Of a stretch of 64,000 nt of DNA, positions 56,817 through 64,000 are shown in pieces (positions within the stretch are counted from its first letter, which is position 1; each line of letters opens with the position of its first letter). Below the pieces are notes generated by a model. The model searched no databases, had not been told where the DNA came from, and saw nothing but the letters and a program-made list of their open reading frames with translations. Source of the DNA: Lytechinus pictus (Eukaryota); NCBI RefSeq assembly GCF_037042905.1, contig NC_087250.1, positions 8,434,001 through 8,498,000 on the forward strand, in the 5' to 3' direction. Position numbers and translations under genes: made by a program.

Positions 56817-59800
56817 CTACAAATCTGGATTTGAAACAAAAAGGGGAGAAAATGAAAGACGTTATTCACTTTCAATGGCAATCATGAAAACTTACATCAG
56901 AATTGAATATCCAAGATAGGGCAATTAGTTTGCACCCCCATAAAGTGAAATAGACTGATCCATAATCATTGTACATCTATCAGCTTTGGGCCGATCCATT
57001 TAAATTGTGGGGGTGGACTTGATTTCTGTAATTGTGCGAGGTTCCGCTGTATTCTGTCTTCATGCTTTAATCTGTCACCGCTAGAGCCTGGAGGCGGAAG
57101 ATGGATGCTCCATGCGAATTAATTTGCAAGGAAACTGCATACCTTCCCTATACAGTAAAATGGACTGACCCATAATCATTGTACATCTATGGACTTTGGG
57201 CTGATCCATTCAATTTGTGGGGGTGGACTTAATTTCAGTAAATGTGTGGGGCTCGACTGAGTTCTGTTCTTATGGTATAACATTTTATGGGTTGAAACCA
57301 GGAAAGGGGTGGTTGCCTTTTGTGAATTAGTTTGCAAGCTTAGTACGATATACTACCCCTAAAGAGTCAAATGGACAAACCCATATCATTGCACATCTGT
57401 GGGCCAATCCATTATATTTGTGGGGGTGGACTTACTTTCTGTAATTGTGTGTGGTTCAGCTGTATTCTGTGCTATCGGTCTAATCTGCGTGGTGTTGAAG
57501 CCTGGAGGGGGAAGGTGGTTACCCCATGAAACACCTGTTCAATAAAAAGAAAAGAAAAGTAATGTAAACAACTAGCTGCTATTCTTTCTTTTTTTTAAAG
57601 TCTTTATTGGGTTTTCATGATATTATGGCGTAATTTCCTTCAGCAAGAAACTCATCCACATTGTGCTGCACTCAACCCAGGTGAGCTGAATGGGTACCCG
57701 GTAGGAAGAAATTCCTTGAATGCTCGAGCGCCTAGGCAGCTCAGCTTAAACCGGGCTAATAATAATAGCAGGGCCCGCAGGTAGAACAGTTTTCGAAACT
57801 GAAGTGGCTACCCAGGGTAAATATACCTATATTATTATTATTACTATATGTAACAAATCACATATAAATAATACAAGTAATTTGAAAAGAAAACGAAAAA
57901 AAAAAATAATAATAAAAAGCAGCACACATTATTAGTTTACATTAGAAAAAGTACAGCTTATCAACAGATAAGTGATAAATAAGTGATAAACATGTAGTAA
58001 AAGCAGTCACTTAAAGTATATGTAACAAGTAGCAAATATAATAATAATATTCCTCATTTCTATATAGTGCTTAATATGTTGGAACGTGTATAAGCGCTTT
58101 ACAGATTCAATAGGTCAATCTCGCACACAATGTATGCATATCCTCCTCTCCCTGGGGAGTATTCCAATCAGTCGCCGTTGGGGGAAGCTACAATGACGTT
58201 CACATTTGTAACAGGTCCCCATTGAGCACCTGAATCGAGAGTGGCAAAGTGCGGATTAACGCCTTGCCAAAGGACGCTAGGCCATGGTGGGATTCGAACA
58301 CAGGACCCTCTGTTTACAAGGTGAGAGTCGGAACCACTACACCACAGCTCCTCCCAACTGCCAAACTCATTATGCAAGAAATGCAATCCAGGAAATTTCA
58401 AGGGAACTTTCATCACTGCTCTATACTATCTACATTATCTGTTTGATAAACTTCTTAAAATTCTTTTCTTCCAGCTTCGATTAAATTGTATAACATTACA
58501 TTAACTTATTGCATGATAAGTTAGCCCCAACTAGGCTTGGCTATTTTTTATAGATCATACAACCCATCTCAGAATCCTGGCCATCGAATGCACTATTGCT
58601 CCAAATAATTTCTGCCCAAAGTTAACAAAGGTTCAAGTTCGGGGAAGGGGTTGGGGCCTTAGAACTGTTGAAAAAGCAACAGACATCTGGGCCCGTCTTA
58701 CAAAAAGTTACGATTAATCCAATCAATCGTAACTCTATTGAAATCCATCAGTGTCATAATTTCTTCTACAGGAAATTTGCACAATGTCTTTTGTAAACAA
58801 TGAGAAGCACACTGAATTTTCAAGAATACATGAATATACATCTTAATTAGAAAATATTTTGAACAAACATGCATGATAGATGTTGACATTGCTGCCCTTC
58901 CATAGTTGTAATCGATTGGATCAATCGCAACTCTTTGTAAGATGGGGCCTTGGTCTAAATAAGAATTAAACTAAGGCAACCATAGAAAGAATATAATAGT
59001 CACATTTATATAGTATAGATATATGGACTGCTTTGAGAGGCATGGTTGTTTCTAGAGGCTCAAGGGGACCGCAACGCGACTATGCACGAGGGCTTTGCCC
59101 GAGGGCATGGTCTGGCTGATGCGGTACCCGCGAGCCGAATTGAAACAACCATGTCTCGAATATAAAAGCAGTCCATATATATTTTATGAACGGAATTATT
59201 AAACATTAGATATAAATACTTTCAGCCCGGACCATCCCTTTAACAACATTAGATCTACCCGTCCTAACGTTGTCGTTTGTCATACCAAACCAGTAACTGT
59301 CCTAACGTTAAGTAACGACATGAACGAGTAAACGTTTATTATTGATAGAAAGTGCAGTGACCATCTAATCTTTTCACCCGACTCACCTTTTGCGAGCATG
59401 CATTTGAGCGAATTGCGACAGGACTTGGTGATTGATACATCCGTTGTGTCCTTAATAAGTTAGTTTTCTTTTCAATAAATGCCATATATTTTAACAGGAA
59501 TTAACAAGCACAAGTCAAAGATCGGCATCGTTCCATCGATATGTCATATCCGTTGCGTGTACTTACGCAATAAGCGCGTAAATGCGCAAATTGTCTAAAA
59601 CTTTCTATCAAATCGCGCGGATATTTATGGTATCCGCAATCACCGCAGAAAGCAACATTTTGCGTGCAATCAAATGGGGATTTCAGCCAAATTGTGCTAT
59701 GCCCGTCGTTAAGGGGCGGGTCAGGGGGCAACGGGCAGAAATCTTGTTAACTATGCCCGTTGCCCTTGGTTACCACCTTAGTTTGTTGTTTTGAAGGCAT

Positions 59801-62800
59801 GGTCGTTTACATGACCTCAGTTTTGACCAATCAGAGAAACGGATTATTCAACATTCTTAAAGAGAGGTTTATAACGCTTAATACTTTGTTTCTAGGCGCT
59901 TTACATTGAAATTATTATTACCCTGGTCATCGGATCCTGGCATGCCCGCACACAAGGTACGCACTTTCTCCATTCCCTGGGGAGCATTCCAACAAGAGTT
60001 CCAAGGATCACTTACTAGGCACACTACATAGGCTTTTGCATCCTACCAGGGACCCATTTAACACCTAGGGCCGGTAACACAAAGCTTAGACATCATCGCA
60101 AAACATTTTTTTAAACAATTGATTGCATTGACTACAACATACGATTAAAGGTGAAAATCAAGCATACAAATTAATCGCTAAACTTTGTGTTACATACCCT
60201 GGGTGGAGAGAGGCAAAGTGGTAATATGAGACCTACCTCTGTTGTGTATGTGGTCTGCAGGGAAGAATCGATTTGTCTGTTGTTGTGTGGGTGTGTGTGT
60301 GGGCGAGTCTGTCTCTGTCAGGTTCTGGAGGGATTCTAACCAGTGCGGCTTCTCCTCACCTGAGAAGAAGAGAAATAGAGACATCAAAACCCAAGGTGTA
60401 GTTTCACAAAGAGTTTAAGCATTATTCAGTCGAGTGTCCCGGTACAGCGTCTATGACCTGCACATCAACACAGGTGAATGATGCACGGAAGCCAGTGCAG
60501 CTGTCATTCACACCGTTCTCACTACGCTTTCTTAAACTAGTTTACTAGAAACCCGGTTCAGGAAACCATTTTGGAGGATCGCTTTGCTAGCGTTCCCATT
60601 TCATCACACAAAAGTGGTTTTCAAAATCAGTTCATGTAAGGTGATCTTGTTGCTATGGAAATGCGCTCAGTGGGGTGACACTTTTTGCACAAAATTTGAA
60701 ACCACAGCGTAGGCATTCTACACTTGTTGTGTGGAGTAGCGGGCTCAAAATGTGTGAATATCGCTTCCCGCAGAACGTGTTCTCACTTACGCTAAAACCA
60801 GTTTGAGGCAAAGTGATCTTGAAAACTACATCGCGAGGTGGTTTAAAGGCCACCGCACACCTTAAGACCCGACTGGTCGGCGACTGGCTTGCGACTCAGG
60901 GTGTAGAAAATTTCGTTTTCGGACTGACGAACCTTCGGAATTATGAACCTCATTTCGTTTTCGGACTTAAGGCCACCGCACACCTTACGACCCGACCAGT
61001 CGCCGACTGGCTTGCGACTGAGTGAGGGGAGATGTGACGTCACAGCGCATGTCAGCTTCAGAGTCGCAGACCGGTCAGAGACAAGTCGCAAGGAAAATCG
61101 GAAGGATTTGACATGTCGAATCCTTATGACTGGATCGCAAGCTCAATCCAAATTCCAGCCAATCAGACAGCAGAGTTGCACGACGCGTATATGATAAACA
61201 ACGCGCATACGCAGTAGTAAACGCATTCTCTTTGTTGTTATGCCAAAAAGCAAAAAGCGCATGCGTGAGTCGCAAATCGGATCGCAAGGTGTGCGGTGTC
61301 GAGGCTTATGACTACCTTGCGATTCATTTCCCCTCACCCAGTCGCAAGCCAGTCGCCGACCAGTCGGGTCGTAAGGTGTGCGGTGGCCTTAACGACCCTT
61401 CGGAATTACAAACCTTATTTGATAATGTTAATTACGAACCTTATTTCGTTTTCGGCCTTAAAGGCCACCGCACACCTTAAGACCCGACTGGTCGGCGACT
61501 GGCTTGCGACTGAGAGAGGGGAGATGAATCGCAAGGCAGTCATAAGCCTCGACACCGCACACCTTGCGATCCGATCTGCGACTCACGCATGCGCTTTTTG
61601 CTTTTTGGCATTGCAACTGAGAAAGTGCGCTTTCTACTGCGTATGCGCGTTGTTTATCATAATACGCATCGTGCAACTCTGCTGTGTGATTGGCTGGAAG
61701 TTGGATTGAGCTTGCGATCCAGTCATAAGGATTCGACATGTCAAATCCTTCCGATTTTCCTTGCGACTTGTCTCTGACCGGTCTGCGACTCTGAAGCTGA
61801 CATGCGCTGTGACGTCACATCTCCCCTCACCCAGTCGCAAGCCAGTCGGCGACTGGTCGGGTCGTAAGGTGTGCGGTGGCCTTAATGAACCGGTTTGGAA
61901 GATCGCTTCGACCATTCTCATTACACGTTAAACTAGTTCCCAGTAAACTAGTTTTAGGTAGGTAGTAAGAATGGTGTCATTGTCGTGTCTTGAAACAGGT
62001 AGAATGTTTGGAATTTATGATATTTTAGCAAAGATTTTATCTGTTATCTTGCACATCATTGTCAAATGTCAAAGATTATAGCCATGAACTTTTAATAATC
62101 AAATATCTCAAATCAGTAATCAATATCTGGCAAACATTCTATTAGTGTCATAAGTAGTATTCAGTTGCTGATTATTGACAAACTGATCAATTGCATTCAT
62201 TGTTCAAATTCTACTCCCTGGTGGGTGTTTCATAAAACTGTTCGTAAGTTAAGAGCGGCTTTAAGAACGACTGGTTAACCTTTCTTACACTCTAAATAAT
62301 CACAAATGAACATTGAATGGTGAATATCATTTATCACAAGAAAGGATCACCAGTCGTTCTTAAAGTCGCTCTTAACTTACGAACAGCTTTATGAAACGGC
62401 CCCCTGGTGGGTGTTTCATAAAGCTGTTTGTAAGATACGAATGACTTTACGCACGACTGGTGATCCTTTCTTGTGCTATGTGATATCCCTAGATCATCTA
62501 GATGTAATTGAGTTATGACCTAGGAACATGTTCCAGTCGTGCATGTAAAGTCGTTCGTAACTTTACGAACAGCTTTATGAAACACCCACCAGGTCTATTT
62601 TAGACTATCAGACTGCTTGAAGACAGAGTCACTTCAGACCCCGAGACCTACCCTCCATGCCACTTGTTTCTGCTGAGTTGGGGAGGGTGCTTCTGATGCT
62701 GACGATCGCTGGATCTTGTACCGCCCATGATGAACCGGTAGGGGAACCCACCCATGATTCAGCTGATTAAAAGAACAATGTGTTCAGTAAATGAATCTCG

Positions 62801-64000
62801 GGATCGCATGATTGTAATCATTCGAATATATGCATGGAGAGATAATAATCACCCATGATTCAGCAGAATGTATTCCGTTAGCCAAGATTAGGAGATTGTA
62901 TGATTGTAATCATGTAAATCCATTCATGAAGAGATTGTAATCCTTCAAACCCAACCAATCAAAGGAGATTTCAATGATGAACCATTAGGGAGGCCACCCA
63001 TGATTCACCTGATTAAATGGAGAATGTATTCAGTCAGCCAATCTTGGGAGATTGCATGATACAGGTAGTAATCATGTTTATCAAATCATGAAGAAATCAT
63101 AATGGTTTAAATCCATCTATATGGAGATTGTAGTCATTTAAATCCATCAATGAAGACATTGCATTGTAATCATTTAAATCCATTCATGAAGACATTGTAA
63201 TCATTTCAATCCATTCATGAAAATATTGTAATCTTCCTAAACCTATCACTTGAGATTAAAATGGTAGAGGAACCCACCCAGATACACCAAATTAAAAGCA
63301 GAATGCAATCAAAAGATATATCTTAGCATGACTGTAATCATTTGAATCCATTCATGAAGAGATTGCAATCATTTAAATCCATTCATGAAGAGAATGCAAT
63401 CATCCTAAACCAATCACACAAGATTGAAATGGTAGGGAAACCAACCCAGATTCTCCTGATTAAAAGAAAGTAATTCAATCTTGGGGATTCGCACGATCAT
63501 AAAGATTTGAATCAATTAATGAAGAGATTGTAATAATCCTAAACCAATCACACAAATCTGAGATAGAAGTAATCAATATATGCCAGTCATATCACGATAT
63601 AATAATTTAATAGGATATTGTAATCATGGGAGATTAAATTAATAAATGACAATCATCACAAGTCAATTTTTGGATGAAAATGATTGTAAGCCAATCATAT
63701 AAGAATGCACTCCAATTCTAATAAAAGGATGCCATCATTGTAAAACGATCATCTGGGGATGTAATCATTAAAAGCCAATCATAAGCAAACAATAAGAGAA
63801 TGCAATCATAAGCCAATATCTGCAATCATTATTAGCTATCTTTAACGATTACAATCCTGGGAAATGTAATCAATATAGGATAATGCAATGAGATTGCAAT
63901 CATTGTAAGCCAATCAAAGAGGGTGAAATTGAATGCAATCTTGTGCATCATACCTGCGTTCTGTTGTAGGCTATTGACTCTCGTCATCTCGGGTAGGAAG
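56817..64000 (-). CDS. 3' exons of an unidentified gene: 64000-63954, 62762-62652, 60359-60237 and a possible terminal exon from 56824 (stop at 56817)
   Basis: GT-AG sites, all phase 1, internal exons 111 and 123 nt. Reads FLPEMTRVNSLQQNA-AESWVGSPTGSSWAVQDPAIVSIRSTLPNSAETSGME-GEEKPHWLESLQNLTETDSPTHTPTQQQTNRFFPADHIHNR-DL*. No recognisable domain; the terminal exon is uncertain. Confidence 0.55.
56915..57530. repeat. Three diverged ~210-bp tandem units
   Basis: ccataatcattgtacatct...tgtgggggtggactt recurs at about 56960, 57170 and 57380. Confidence 0.8.
58060..58354 (-). mobile_element. tRNA-derived SINE; related fragments at ~57628-57840 (+), ~59890-60220 (-) and a tRNA-like head at ~13548-13620 (+)
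   Basis: The minus strand begins ggagctgtggtgtagtggtt...gttcgaatcccacc, with body and aagcgct/ctatata tail. Confidence 0.7.
60506..61977. mobile_element. TIR element (ACACCGTTCTCACTAC) containing two inverted ~420-bp Harbinger-like MITEs (60970-61389, 61462-61883) and a MITE end fragment (~60847-60897)
   Basis: Inner TIR AGGCCACCGCACACCTTA with TTA/TAA flanks. The second copy is the reverse complement of the first. Confidence 0.75.
62217..62592. mobile_element. Two abutting MITEs of the (cc)aggtgggtgtttcataaagctgttcgtaa family; related copies at ~2683-2845, ~28339-28497, ~26482, ~36100-36265, ~43974-44135
   Basis: Inverted termini gtttcataaagctgttcgtaa/ttacgaacagctttatgaaac. Confidence 0.7.
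62735..63940. repeat. Degenerate intronic tandem repeat (tgtaatcat/ccattcatgaaga subunits) that includes copies of the exon acceptor
   Basis: ggtagggga-acccacccatgattc-(a/c)ctgattaaa recurs at about 62737, 62985, 63262 and 63431. Confidence 0.7.

Overview
AT-rich, repeat-dense, intron-containing animal DNA. The repeat types suggest an echinoderm such as a sea urchin, but this is inference only. The core is a head-to-head inverted gene pair encoding a PRDM9/SSX-type (ancestral) KRAB domain. The plus-strand copy can be spliced by eye, with consistent intron phases, into a 970-aa protein: aKRAB, an acidic linker, one isolated C2H2 finger and a 25-finger C2H2 array with a 6-finger (504 bp) higher-order period. 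I find no PR/SET or SSXRD exons, so the architecture is that of a KRAB-zinc-finger protein. About 11 decayed fingers and a 5'-truncated LINE follow the stop codon. The minus-strand paralog has the same four N-terminal coding exons, and its finger exon would lie left of the window. The rest is mostly non-autonomous DNA transposons (hAT-like with 8-bp TSDs, TTAA-targeting Kolobok-like and piggyBac-like, EnSpm-like, Harbinger-like, Helentron/HINE-like), often nested, plus SINEs, a second older inverted duplication, and the 3' exons of an unidentified minus-strand gene at the right edge. All assignments are from manual reading; no database searches were run.
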